DNA from: Bifidobacterium breve
GTDB taxonomy: Bacteria > Actinomycetota > Actinomycetes > S36-B12
Assembly (NCBI GenBank): GCA_945861775.1
Contig: CAMAVT010000001.1
Coordinates: 1-61,442, forward strand
Length of the DNA stretch: 61,442 bases
Reading direction: 5' to 3'
In this document: one piece after another, positions 19,433 through 28,457 of the stretch
How the letters are laid out: every line of letters starts with the position of its first letter
Numbering within the stretch: the first letter of the stretch is position 1
Made by a program: the position numbers and the translations under genes
Notes under the pieces: model-generated
The model's input: the letters and a program-made list of their open reading frames with translations, nothing else
What the model was told of the DNA's origin: nothing
Databases searched by the model: none

Positions 19433-20044
19433 TTATCGCGCCTCAAATCCAACGAAAGTTTTCTGCCAACTATGTCCGCGCTTGATAAGGTCTGTTACGA
19501 ACTTTTCCTCAGTTAAACGCAGCTTCGCAATGTACTTATCATCTCGATCAACTTCGAGAATCACGAGTGGCCGATCAGGTCGATATGCGGCGAAATACAT
19601 GTAGTCGAACCGTGTAACCATGAGCATGTGTTGTAACTGAGCAAAATAGTAGCTAGGAACTTGTTTGGAGCTAATCGTCTTTTCGTAAGACTTGACTCCA
19701 CACTTAATTTCGTAAATTAGTTTGTTAGTTTTGTCAAGGGCGTCGAGGCTAGCAGCGAGAAATGGTAGCTCTTTGTCTTGCACAACGACGGGTCTCAGCT
19801 TTATTCCGTCACGGCGCTCCAAGTCTTTTCGAGCTGGTTCTTCTAGCCGTTGACCTTCTCTAGTAGCGCTATTACCACTAAATTCCTTAACCATTCCGAG
19901 TTTCTGATCCATAAGACTCTTAGGGCTGGCCCATGGATTTTCCCCCATGATGGTCGGCGCCTCAGAGGCGCCAACAACGCCTCTCCTCCAATCTAGCCAC
20001 TCTCTCGATCCTTGTTTCAGGCTTTCGTTTATGTAGAAACTCAC
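19433..20044 (-). CDS. YqaJ-like (lambda-exonuclease fold, PD-(D/E)xK) nuclease
   Basis: QGSREWLDWRRGVVGASEAPTIMG N-terminus and ASLDAL...IYEIKCG catalytic block. Confidence 0.75.
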   Translation of the reverse strand: MSFYINESLKQGSREWLDWRRGVVGASEAPTIMGENPWASPKSLMDQKLGMVKEFSGNSATREGQRLEEPARKDLERRDGIKLRPVVVQDKELPFLAASLDALDKTNKLIYEIKCGVKSYEKTISSKQVPSYYFAQLQHMLMVTRFDYMYFAAYRPDRPLVILEVDRDDKYIAKLRLTEEKFVTDLIKRGHSWQKTFVGFEAR

Positions 20045-20086
20045 TTCCCCCGCCTCCCCGTTGTGTTTCTGATGGTTTATAGCTTG

Positions 20087-21454
20087 CTACTCCCGAATAG
20101 CCTCGTAAAAGGCAATTGCTTCTGGATCAACAAGTATGTCACTCCGTTCCAATTTACGAGACAGTGTCAAGTTTTCTAGAGATCGACATCTAGATAGCGC
20201 CACATATGTTTGCCCAGTTTCAAAGGCACCGCGTCCCAACTCCAGGTGAACACGATCCAGAGTTAATCCCTGGCTCCTATGGACCGTCATAGCCCAAGCA
20301 AGGTGAACTGGAATTTGCGTGTATGTGCCTATAACTACCCTTTGTATTGAATCTGTCTCTGAATCCCAGACGTAGTCGAATTGCTCCCAAGTGTTAGCCA
20401 CAACCTCATGGACCTTGGATTGGCCGTGAAGGACAATTCGAATTTTGTCTTCCAGGAGCTCAGCCACGATTGCCACTGATCCATTTACCCAATTAGCAGT
20501 GTTGTTCGCAAGTACCACTTGAGCGCCAACTCGAAGTTTCACGTCGCCTGGAACTGGGAGGTGACTCTCTTTGAAGTCTCCTCTCAAAATTCCGGAGTAA
20601 GTTCTGTCAGGTCCCGGGAGGGCTGCCAAGCGTTCTTGATTAACTCGATCAACATCAGCATTTCTTGGAGAAAGCCAGACGGTGCCGTCTGTGGGCGAGC
20701 CAAGCCCATGGCACCTTTCGTTAATGAGAGTCAAAGCCCGTCCAAGATTCTTTCCTTCACGAACATCTGCCAAAAGATCTACAAAACTTTGATCCGTTTG
20801 TCTGAATGCCTTCGTCAGTTCAATTACTTCAAATTCCGAATCACGAATTGACTTTGCGGCAAAGAACTTTGGGGATGCGTATTTCTCTTTGAAAAGATGT
20901 TTCACGTTCTGATTAATAATTGGTGGCAACTGGAATAAGTCTCCGACCATGACAACTGAAATGCCGCCGAACGGTTTTTCTCTACCAATGTTCATCTTGA
21001 AGAAGTCACTCATGGCATCCAGTACGTTTGCATTGACCATTGAAACTTCGTCAATAATCAATAAACTCGCCTTGCTTACAGGTGACTTTCGATTCAAACG
21101 AATATCACTGTCCACAAGCCACGCTGGCGGAAAACCGCAAATCGAGTGGATGGTTTTGCCACCAATAGTTAGAGCCGCAATTCCCGTCGGAGCTGCAACG
21201 ATGACGGCACCTTCGTGTTTTTCTTGAAGCCACTTGATGAGCGTGCTCTTACCCGTTCCTGCACCGCCCGTCACGAGAACCATTCCTTGACCTCGATTAA
21301 TCGCTTCTTCAACGCTAAGGTACTCGGGGATGATCTCTATCCCGCTCAAATCACTCTTGGAACTAGGGCTTTGCTGCTTAGGACCCGCGGCTGTAGTTGA
21401 CTTGCTAACATCTGTCGAAAGCCGACCGAATGTCCACTTCCCTTTTTTGATCAA
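20087..21454 (-). CDS. Pif1/RecD-family SF1B DNA helicase
   Basis: Walker A VTGGAGTGKST, Walker B LLIIDEVSMV, Pif1-type VVMVGDLFQLPPI, motif VI AMTVHRSQGLTLD. Confidence 0.8.
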   Translation of the reverse strand: MIKKGKWTFGRLSTDVSKSTTAAGPKQQSPSSKSDLSGIEIIPEYLSVEEAINRGQGMVLVTGGAGTGKSTLIKWLQEKHEGAVIVAAPTGIAALTIGGKTIHSICGFPPAWLVDSDIRLNRKSPVSKASLLIIDEVSMVNANVLDAMSDFFKMNIGREKPFGGISVVMVGDLFQLPPIINQNVKHLFKEKYASPKFFAAKSIRDSEFEVIELTKAFRQTDQSFVDLLADVREGKNLGRALTLINERCHGLGSPTDGTVWLSPRNADVDRVNQERLAALPGPDRTYSGILRGDFKESHLPVPGDVKLRVGAQVVLANNTANWVNGSVAIVAELLEDKIRIVLHGQSKVHEVVANTWEQFDYVWDSETDSIQRVVIGTYTQIPVHLAWAMTVHRSQGLTLDRVHLELGRGAFETGQTYVALSRCRSLENLTLSRKLERSDILVDPEAIAFYEAIRE

Positions 21455-21631
21455 TGAACGCCCCCTTCGTTGATTTCACAATACACCTCTTGTCTTGCCC
21501 TTTTTATTGAGGAGAGTTCGCTTCGAGTGAATCCCTCGGCTCGTAGCGCTTACACTTCTGGCAACGCTCTACTAGGGCGAGTTCGATAATTGATCTGGTC
21601 TTGTTGCGATTTGAAAAATGGGTGAGACGAA

Positions 21632-21868
21632 TTAATCCACATTCAGTGCAACGTTGCGGCTAAAGCGAGCCAAGGAGTTGAGATCCCTGTCAATTCCCAT
21701 ATCTGAGTTGAATATCTCGACTTCTTGCAACACGCGCTGGTATCGCAACTCTCTCACTAATGCCCGTTCAATCACCGAGGCCCGACTTAGGGCAGCACTG
21801 GAAGCGACTAATTCGTCCAACGAATTAACCAATTGGGCGGGGAGTCGGACAGCAACTTTAATGCTCAT
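21632..21868 (-). CDS. ribbon-helix-helix (CopG/Arc-type) DNA-binding protein
   Basis: MSIKVAVRLPAQLVNSLDELVASSAALSRASVIERALVREL matches the RHH pattern (beta strand plus two helices). Confidence 0.7.
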   Translation of the reverse strand: MSIKVAVRLPAQLVNSLDELVASSAALSRASVIERALVRELRYQRVLQEVEIFNSDMGIDRDLNSLARFSRNVALNVD

Positions 21869-22121
21869 GATAAGAAGGTACCGAATTGATATTCATAATG
21901 CAATGCGACGTTTAGCCGCCGCTGGGCTTATTCCGCTACCTTTCCCAACACTTGCTTCAGAATCAAAATTCTCTACTCTTGGAGGTATAAGGAATCTTCC
22001 AGGAGGCGGACTTACTGTTTTCGATATTCAAACTATGACCGTCGATACAATTACACGGATGCGGCCAGATCATTGGACGCAAAAGTGCCTCGTCGGGCAC
22101 TGACTCAGATGAGGGGGGAAC

Positions 22122-23951
22122 ATGGGTTTCCAAACGCCACTGTATGAATTGGGCGAATATTTGAAATGGACGACAAGCGGCAAGATTCAGTTGCCTGACT
22201 TTCAACGGAGCTACAAATGGGAAGACGAACGTATCCGTCAATTACTCGTCACAATATTGCGCGGTCATCCACTTGGCGTAGTCATGCTTTTAAAAACAGG
22301 CAACGAGCAGATTCGATTCAAGCCACGTCCGATTGAGGGCGCAATAATCGAGCCAGGAACTCCAGCGGACTCTTTACTTTTAGATGGCCAGCAAAGATTG
22401 ACATCGCTGACGCAGGCTTTAACCGGCGACGGTGTAGTGAACACGATGGATGGTCGTGGGAAAAAAATGATGCGGCGTTATTACATCGATATCGAGCTGG
22501 CCCTACAGGGAGATGATCGGATAGATGAAGCAGTGCTGTCCGTACCCGGCGACGGCATTGAGCGAACCAACTTTGGCAGAGAGATTGTTAGAGATGTTTC
22601 AACAGCGGATAAGGAGCGCGAGGCTGGACTTTTCCCCTTCAGGCTTCTCTATGGCGGTGCAGAAACAGTTACCTGGCTTTTTGCGGTAGATGACAAAGAG
22701 CAAGCCAGCCAATTTCATGCCAATGTGATTCAGCCGGCGAATACCTACAACATTCCGGCGATTGAGCTGGACGAGTCGACCAGTAAATCTGCCGTGGCGA
22801 CCGTATTCGAGAAGGTGAATACGGGCGGACTTGCTCTCAATGTTTTCGAGCTACTGACAGCTACTTTCGCCGGTGACAAAGAATACTTCGAAAAGCACGG
22901 GACGGATTTCAGGCTAAATGATGATTGGAAAGAGACTCAGATCCAGTTCAGCGCGTACCCAGTTCTTGCTGAACTAGAAAACACGGACTTTCTGCAAGCT
23001 TTAACACTGCTGGCAACGCGCAAGAGAAATCTAGCCAGCAATGATCCCCGACCGCCAGCGATCAGCGCCAAGCGGGAGGACGTGCTTAAGCTCTCACTTG
23101 ATGATTACCTTGAGTGGGTAGAGCCATTGAGAGAAGCATTCAAGTGGACGAGCATCTTCCTTGCGGAGAGACATATTTTTGAAACTCGATTCTTGCCCTA
23201 CCCAAAACAACTTGTTCCACTTGCTGCAATTCGAGCAATAATGGGTAAAGATGCGGATCTGGTCGGACCCAGAGGAAAAATCGGTCGTTGGTTTTGGTGT
23301 GGAATTTTAGGTGAGTTGTATGGCGGAGCAAGTGAAACTCGATATGTGAGGGACATTGAGCAGGTCCCCGTGTGGGCCGTCGGTGACGCTTCTACAGCAA
23401 CACCAAATACCGTTAACGATGCGACATTCGTGGAATCGCGATTGCACTCATTGCGCACTCGCCAGGCAGCAGCATATAAAGGAATCTATTCACTTATTGT
23501 GGGTAATGGAGCTAGGGATTGGATGGAGGGCCAAGAGTTCGACAAGGTCGAATATGTGAACCTTGCAGTAGATGTTCATCACATCTTTCCCCAAAAATGG
23601 TGTGAGACAAATACCATTGATGATGAGCGTCGCGAGAGCATAATTAATAAAACCCCGCTCTCGGCACGCACGAATCGCACAATTGGTGGTGCCGCTCCGT
23701 CATCTTATGTTGAAGTTCTTGAAAAGCGTGCTCAAATTGAGAGTGCACTCTTGGATGATTTACTCACAACACATTGTGTAACTCCTACATACCTTCGTGC
23801 CAACAATTTTGATGATTTTTTCATTAGTCGACGGGAACAGCTCTGCCTGCTGGTGGAAGGAGCGATGGGTAAATCTGTCCCACGGGATGTTGATGAAGGG
23901 TCTTCACAGGAAGATTCATCGCAGTTTGAGAATCAATCAGACGATAATTGA
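22122..23951 (+). CDS. GmrSD-family Type IV (modification-dependent) restriction endonuclease, DUF262 + DUF1524
   Basis: N-terminal LPDFQRSYKWE and LLDGQQRLTSL (DUF262). C-terminal VDVHHIFPQKW...INKTPLSARTNRTIG (DUF1524, HNH-like). Confidence 0.85.
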   Translation: MGFQTPLYELGEYLKWTTSGKIQLPDFQRSYKWEDERIRQLLVTILRGHPLGVVMLLKTGNEQIRFKPRPIEGAIIEPGTPADSLLLDGQQRLTSLTQALTGDGVVNTMDGRGKKMMRRYYIDIELALQGDDRIDEAVLSVPGDGIERTNFGREIVRDVSTADKEREAGLFPFRLLYGGAETVTWLFAVDDKEQASQFHANVIQPANTYNIPAIELDESTSKSAVATVFEKVNTGGLALNVFELLTATFAGDKEYFEKHGTDFRLNDDWKETQIQFSAYPVLAELENTDFLQALTLLATRKRNLASNDPRPPAISAKREDVLKLSLDDYLEWVEPLREAFKWTSIFLAERHIFETRFLPYPKQLVPLAAIRAIMGKDADLVGPRGKIGRWFWCGILGELYGGASETRYVRDIEQVPVWAVGDASTATPNTVNDATFVESRLHSLRTRQAAAYKGIYSLIVGNGARDWMEGQEFDKVEYVNLAVDVHHIFPQKWCETNTIDDERRESIINKTPLSARTNRTIGGAAPSSYVEVLEKRAQIESALLDDLLTTHCVTPTYLRANNFDDFFISRREQLCLLVEGAMGKSVPRDVDEGSSQEDSSQFENQSDDN

Positions 23952-24089
23952 TTGCATACTCACCCAGTTAGGGAATCCTGAAGCACGAAATGCTCCAAAA
24001 GATCAGGGTCGCGGTCAGCACGCTGTCAATTCGCCACCAAGGAAAGTTTGCCAATCTAACGGGCTGAGTGCCATTACGGTGATTGACAC

Positions 24090-24989
24090 CTATTGATTGT
24101 GAAAAACAGCGAAGCGCTCCGCTAAACGTTCTCGGTCAGGTTGCTTGGATTTGGCGGGTGGAATCCAGAGTGATCGCATGTTCATTTCTTTGATCCCATG
24201 CTCGAGCATCGGACCGTCTACTTCTTGAAGAATGTCGTCACGGATGTGTACTTTGTAGTCAGGGTCGATTCCCACAATGTTGATGTCATAGGCCGTGTGG
24301 TGGATTTTGCACAAGCTCAGGCCGTTCGTCACTGATGTGGATGAGGCCTCTTCGCGATCAGGAGTGATGTGAGCGGCATCTAGGAGACTGCCGTGGGCAA
24401 GAGCGCAGATTGCGCATTTCGTTTCATAGGCGGAAATTACTTGGGCCCGGAACGCCGGTTGGTGCAGGCGCTGTCGCATCAGCCGTTCGGCGTATTTGCG
24501 CTCGATAGCTGATTCTGATTGTGCGGCGACAGCTAAGGATAGGTCGGGGGCAATCAAGCAGTAGCGCTCCTTGGGAAAATCGCTAATGATGAATACCTTG
24601 TATGGGACGTAACTCCCTGCGGATTGTTGGCGGAACCACAAAAGTGGTAACTGAAGTTCCAAGGCCTTTCGCATCTTGGAGTTTTTGCCCTCGGTACTTC
24701 CTGATTGATAGTCATACCTCCAGAGGCCACCATGCATTTCTTGGTCGTCGTACTTACCGGAGAGAGTTGTGTTGATGGAAAGCGTTGCCCGTAGTGGATC
24801 CCCGAATGGCCAAGATGCTCCAGGATTCCAAATTCCTCCCTGCACATCGATAACCCTTATGTCTTTACCGGCATAGGAGAAATTTCCAAGTTCGTTGCGC
24901 GAGAGCATTCCATCAGATGAATTAGCGTGAGCAATAACCGCGTCGATCAGATCATCACGAAATTCTTGCTCTTCCCCCACGGTCCACAC
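24090..24989 (-). CDS. HNH endonuclease with an uncharacterised N-terminal domain (possible modified-DNA reader; Type IV-like)
   Basis: C-terminal CAICALAHGSLLDAAHITPD...NGLSLCKIHHTAYD. The reader role for the ~170-aa N-domain is inference only. Confidence 0.6.
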   Translation of the reverse strand: MWTVGEEQEFRDDLIDAVIAHANSSDGMLSRNELGNFSYAGKDIRVIDVQGGIWNPGASWPFGDPLRATLSINTTLSGKYDDQEMHGGLWRYDYQSGSTEGKNSKMRKALELQLPLLWFRQQSAGSYVPYKVFIISDFPKERYCLIAPDLSLAVAAQSESAIERKYAERLMRQRLHQPAFRAQVISAYETKCAICALAHGSLLDAAHITPDREEASSTSVTNGLSLCKIHHTAYDINIVGIDPDYKVHIRDDILQEVDGPMLEHGIKEMNMRSLWIPPAKSKQPDRERLAERFAVFHNQ

Positions 24990-25188
24990 AAGTTCAGCTT
25001 AGGCATTCAAAGCACCAAATGTGGCGAAATTAATGGGTTCAATCACTCGTGTGACTGAATGATCTGGAAGCCACCCTCTTGCCAGGCAACCTGGTTCATC
25101 GTTTAACAGTCCGGGTAGGGCAATAACTTAGGAATGTCAGAGCTATTTGGTTCAATTGAATTGTTGTTTACGAGGGGAAGGATGGGTC

Positions 25189-25563
25189 ATGAGTGTTGCT
25201 CCTCGATTGAATCCGTTTGTGTGTCCTGATTGCGCATTATGGGTGCGCGAGGTGGAGTCCACGTGGGGAGAGATCCTGCTGCTAAATGCTGCCCGCGATC
25301 CGTTGGGTCGGGTGGTTCCGTGGCCGTCTGAGCGGGCGACCGGACTGACTCAGGCGCGGTTGTTACCCGCTGGCGTTCCAGCTGAAAATGAAGACACGTG
25401 GTCCGTCCACAGTTGTTCAGGCGTGGTGGGGTGCGGATTATTTGCAGGAGACCCGGTGTATTTCGGAACGCGGGTCATGTACTCCGATGCTCGGCAACAG
25501 GAGATTCTTTACGTGGACAGTGACGTGAGTAACAGGGATCTGCTCCGAATGCTTCTTGGATGA
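25189..25563 (+). CDS. hypothetical Cys-containing protein
   Basis: Start trimmed to ATG 25189 after GAAGGATGGG. Contains FVCPDC and HSCSGVVGCG. No family recognised. Confidence 0.4.
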   Translation: MSVAPRLNPFVCPDCALWVREVESTWGEILLLNAARDPLGRVVPWPSERATGLTQARLLPAGVPAENEDTWSVHSCSGVVGCGLFAGDPVYFGTRVMYSDARQQEILYVDSDVSNRDLLRMLLG

Positions 25564-25760
25564 AGGAGGCCAAAGCACTCCTAAATGTCAGACCCATGTG
25601 AGATTCTTTAATTGTTCAAGAAAGCACCGGTAAGCCCTCTGGCTTGGTGCTTGCCAACCGCCCTCGTGACGGTGGCTCCGGAGGAAGAACAGCCCGAGTT
25701 TCATCTTTAGTTTGGTACTAAGGAGTTCACTCTCGGGAAGGTCGAGGTTGAAGGAGTGTT

Positions 25761-26513
25761 ATGAGTAAAGCCAATAAGAAGTTTTTGTTCAGCACGGAGG
25801 GTGTGGATTTTTCTGACGACTCCGCGATTGAGGAATTTGCCCGCACTGTGTGGGAAGCATTTATGAATGCGAATGGGGAGGAAAACAATGACACAAAAAA
25901 GAACAGTGAATTCGAAACGGAGCCGAATGTGCGGTTAAGCGCTCGGTATTTCGAGGCGGTGGCTTACGCGTCCGGTCTGCACGAAGGACAGACACGTAAA
26001 GGGACAACGATCCCTTACATGAGTCACCTGCTGGGGGTGTCATCTTTGGTTCTCGAAGCATTAGGTGATGAAGACCAGGCGATCGCCGCGCTGTTGCATG
26101 ACGCTGCCGAGGATTGCGGAGGAGAGCCACGGTTACAGGAGATAGATTCAATGTTCGGTCCGCGAGTGGCATCAATTGTTCGGGGGTGCAGCGATTCCCT
26201 GGTTCAAGATCCAACAGTGAAAGCTCCTTGGCGGGAAAGGAAAGAGGAATACATTGCACACCTACAGGGTGTTTCAATGGATGTTATTTTGGTTTCCTGC
26301 GCGGACAAACTGCACAACGCTCGCGCAATCTGGACGGATATTCAACGTGATGGTGTCGAAACCATGAATCGATTCAATGCGTCAGGTGAGGAAATCGCGT
26401 GGTACTACACCTCGCTGCTTGCGGCATTCGAATTACGCGGGGCACCTAAGGATCTGTTAATCCCGCTGCGGGAAGTGGTGCTCAACCTCTCGACGGCGTT
26501 GGAACCGTTGTAA
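25761..26513 (+). CDS. HD-domain hydrolase resembling the RelA/SpoT (p)ppGpp-hydrolase domain (small-alarmone-hydrolase-like)
   Basis: GQTRKGTTIPYMSHLLGVSSLV...AALLHDAAEDCG...ADKLHNARAI. Acidic ~50-aa N-terminal extension. Confidence 0.65.
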   Translation: MSKANKKFLFSTEGVDFSDDSAIEEFARTVWEAFMNANGEENNDTKKNSEFETEPNVRLSARYFEAVAYASGLHEGQTRKGTTIPYMSHLLGVSSLVLEALGDEDQAIAALLHDAAEDCGGEPRLQEIDSMFGPRVASIVRGCSDSLVQDPTVKAPWRERKEEYIAHLQGVSMDVILVSCADKLHNARAIWTDIQRDGVETMNRFNASGEEIAWYYTSLLAAFELRGAPKDLLIPLREVVLNLSTALEPL

Positions 26514-26575
26514 CGGTGTTGCATCACGGGTTCGGAAGGGTTTTTCCACAGCACAACTAATTCTTGGGAGTATTT

Positions 26576-27913
26576 ATGAAAGTAACAAGCAGTTTTGATT
26601 TTGATGTTGTCGCCCTCCAAACTGAAGACACCCTCACCGCACTGGTTGCCTTTGACGCACCAATCAGCGAGAATGATGCTGCTCGGCCAGGGGAATGCTT
26701 AGTCCCAGTCCTGGATAGATCTGGATCCATGTCGGGTGAACCCATGAATTCCTGCAAGCAGGCTCTACACACTTTGGTGGATCGCATGAAACCCCAAGAT
26801 GTATTCGGGTTGGTGACCTTTGATAGCCAAGCGAGCATTCATGTTCCCACGCGATTAATCCGCGACCACGATATTGCGGTGGTGCACAATCTCATTGAGT
26901 CGCTGAATGTTGGTGGAAACACCGATCTGAGCGCTGGCTACCTTCTTGGTTTGGATCAAGCCCGACGCAACGTGCAGCGGACTGGAGCATCGGTAATTCT
27001 TTTATCTGATGGACACGCGAACTCGGGGATTCAAAACCTGAGCAAGATTGGTGAAATAGCAAGTAGCGCGTCGACTGAGTCAATCACCTCCACCACCATT
27101 GGAATCGGTCAAGGCTATGACGAAACATTGCTCGCCCAGATTGCGACGAGTGGAAACGGTGCTCATCGGTTCGCATTCACCTCCGATGACGCGATCGCGA
27201 TTCTCAGCGAGGAAGGCGGTGACCTGCTCAACAAGAGTGTGATCAATGCGTTCCTGCGGATTGTGCCCAATGACCCAGCAATCGTTGACGGGATCGGGAC
27301 TCTGCAAGACGTTGGGAGATGGTTGGAACACAATGGCAACGGTGATCCGGTGGTAGTCATTCCGATCGGTGACATTTATGCGGGTGAGCGGCGGGAACTT
27401 TTGGTGCAATTCAAACTACCCGGCATAGGTAATCTTGGACAGCACACGATTGGAGATTTTGTCTTCGACTTTGTTTCCCTCCCCGCGCTAGAGCAATCAC
27501 AGGTCACCTGGCCGATCACGGTCAACGTGGGGACCAGTGACGAGGCGAGTGTTCGTGTAGCAGACCCAACCGTGACCACAGCTGTCCTGATCACGGAAAG
27601 CGCTAAGGCGCAGCGTGAAGCCAGTGAAAACCTGCGTAAGGGGCTCACCGATGCAGCGAGTGCAAACATCCAAGAACGTATTGATAACTTCGGTGAACTG
27701 CTGGTGACTCTCCCTGACACCGAAGAGTCAAACGTTGTTCGGGTGAGCCTGCAACGCGAGATCGATCACCTGAGCAAGCTAGCCCGTGGGATCAAATTTA
27801 AAGACGCAAACTTAATGAGCAAGAGCTTGTCTGAGGAGTCCACAGCCGGCCTGCGCGGGCGTAATCGAGATGAGAATCGCAGGGATCGCTCGCGCGAGAA
27901 ACGGGACTTCTAG
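26576..27913 (+). CDS. von Willebrand factor A (VWA) domain protein with a coiled-coil, highly charged tail
   Basis: MIDAS motif VLDRSGSMSG, GGNTDLSAG, ILLSDGHANSG. C-terminus RGRNRDENRRDRSREKRDF. Start trimmed to ATG 26576 (GGGAG RBS). Confidence 0.8.
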   Translation: MKVTSSFDFDVVALQTEDTLTALVAFDAPISENDAARPGECLVPVLDRSGSMSGEPMNSCKQALHTLVDRMKPQDVFGLVTFDSQASIHVPTRLIRDHDIAVVHNLIESLNVGGNTDLSAGYLLGLDQARRNVQRTGASVILLSDGHANSGIQNLSKIGEIASSASTESITSTTIGIGQGYDETLLAQIATSGNGAHRFAFTSDDAIAILSEEGGDLLNKSVINAFLRIVPNDPAIVDGIGTLQDVGRWLEHNGNGDPVVVIPIGDIYAGERRELLVQFKLPGIGNLGQHTIGDFVFDFVSLPALEQSQVTWPITVNVGTSDEASVRVADPTVTTAVLITESAKAQREASENLRKGLTDAASANIQERIDNFGELLVTLPDTEESNVVRVSLQREIDHLSKLARGIKFKDANLMSKSLSEESTAGLRGRNRDENRRDRSREKRDF

Positions 27914-28159
27914 TCTTTCTGTGTGGTGGTGTCACGTCTCGTAGTGCTGCATGGGACCGACATTTCTTAGTTGCTTAGATTTCAGGGCGGTTGTCCACAA
28001 CCTTAATTTGTCTCTAGCCTTCCCTTTTCTTGCGCATTAGCGTGTGGTTCGTTGAGTTTTCTTGCTAGTGCGCTGTTGCCTCTTGGTCCCTGACCATAAA
28101 CCTCGCCTCCCGTGAAGTGTGCGGGAAATTTGTCGAGGGGAGTGGGGGTGATGGGAAGG

Positions 28160-28330
28160 ATGAACATTCCTTCGCCTAAAGAGAAAGGCCCAGCCAATTG
28201 GCTGGACCTACTCGTAAGGTTCGCCCTAGACAAGCGAATCTTAACACGGGTTGGAGTAATTGCGTCAAGCATTGCTTTACGTGAATTACTTCGATGGCTG
28301 CTTCACATGATCAGAAATGATTGGTGGTGA
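28160..28330 (+). CDS. 56-aa small protein, paralog of the two 53-aa ORFs at 42950-43488
   Basis: MNIPSPKEKGPANWLDLLVRFALDKRILTRVGVIASSIALRELLRWLLHMIRNDWW. Gap-free alignment to the 53-aa peptides, 23/53 identical by hand. Conserved SD GGGGGTGATGGGAAGG precedes the ATG. Confidence 0.55.
   Translation: MNIPSPKEKGPANWLDLLVRFALDKRILTRVGVIASSIALRELLRWLLHMIRNDWW
28178..28231 (-). ncRNA. predicted ~55-nt cis-antisense RNA of the small ORF
   Basis: Extended -10 TGTTAAGAT (complement of 28238-28246). Hairpin (complement of 28187-28208) followed by TTTCTCTTT. Prediction from sequence only. Confidence 0.3.
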
Positions 28331-28457
28331 GTCAGGTGGTGACGGCTTTAATCCGTCACCACTTCCCCACATCCCGAACGAGAAAATGAGAGTGCCGCTC
28401 TGGGATAGTCTCGTGGTGTGATGTGTTGGGCATTGATAATGCTGATGTGGAGGGGCG

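Larger units (their letters stand above)
28000..28365 (+). repeat. copy 3 of the small-ORF/antisense-RNA module (sense = plus strand)
   Basis: 5' UTR, SD, ORF and terminal hairpin all align with the minus strand of the 377-bp units at 42903-43658. Sense hairpin GTGGTGACGG-N7-CCGTCACCAC at 28336-28362. Confidence 0.75.
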
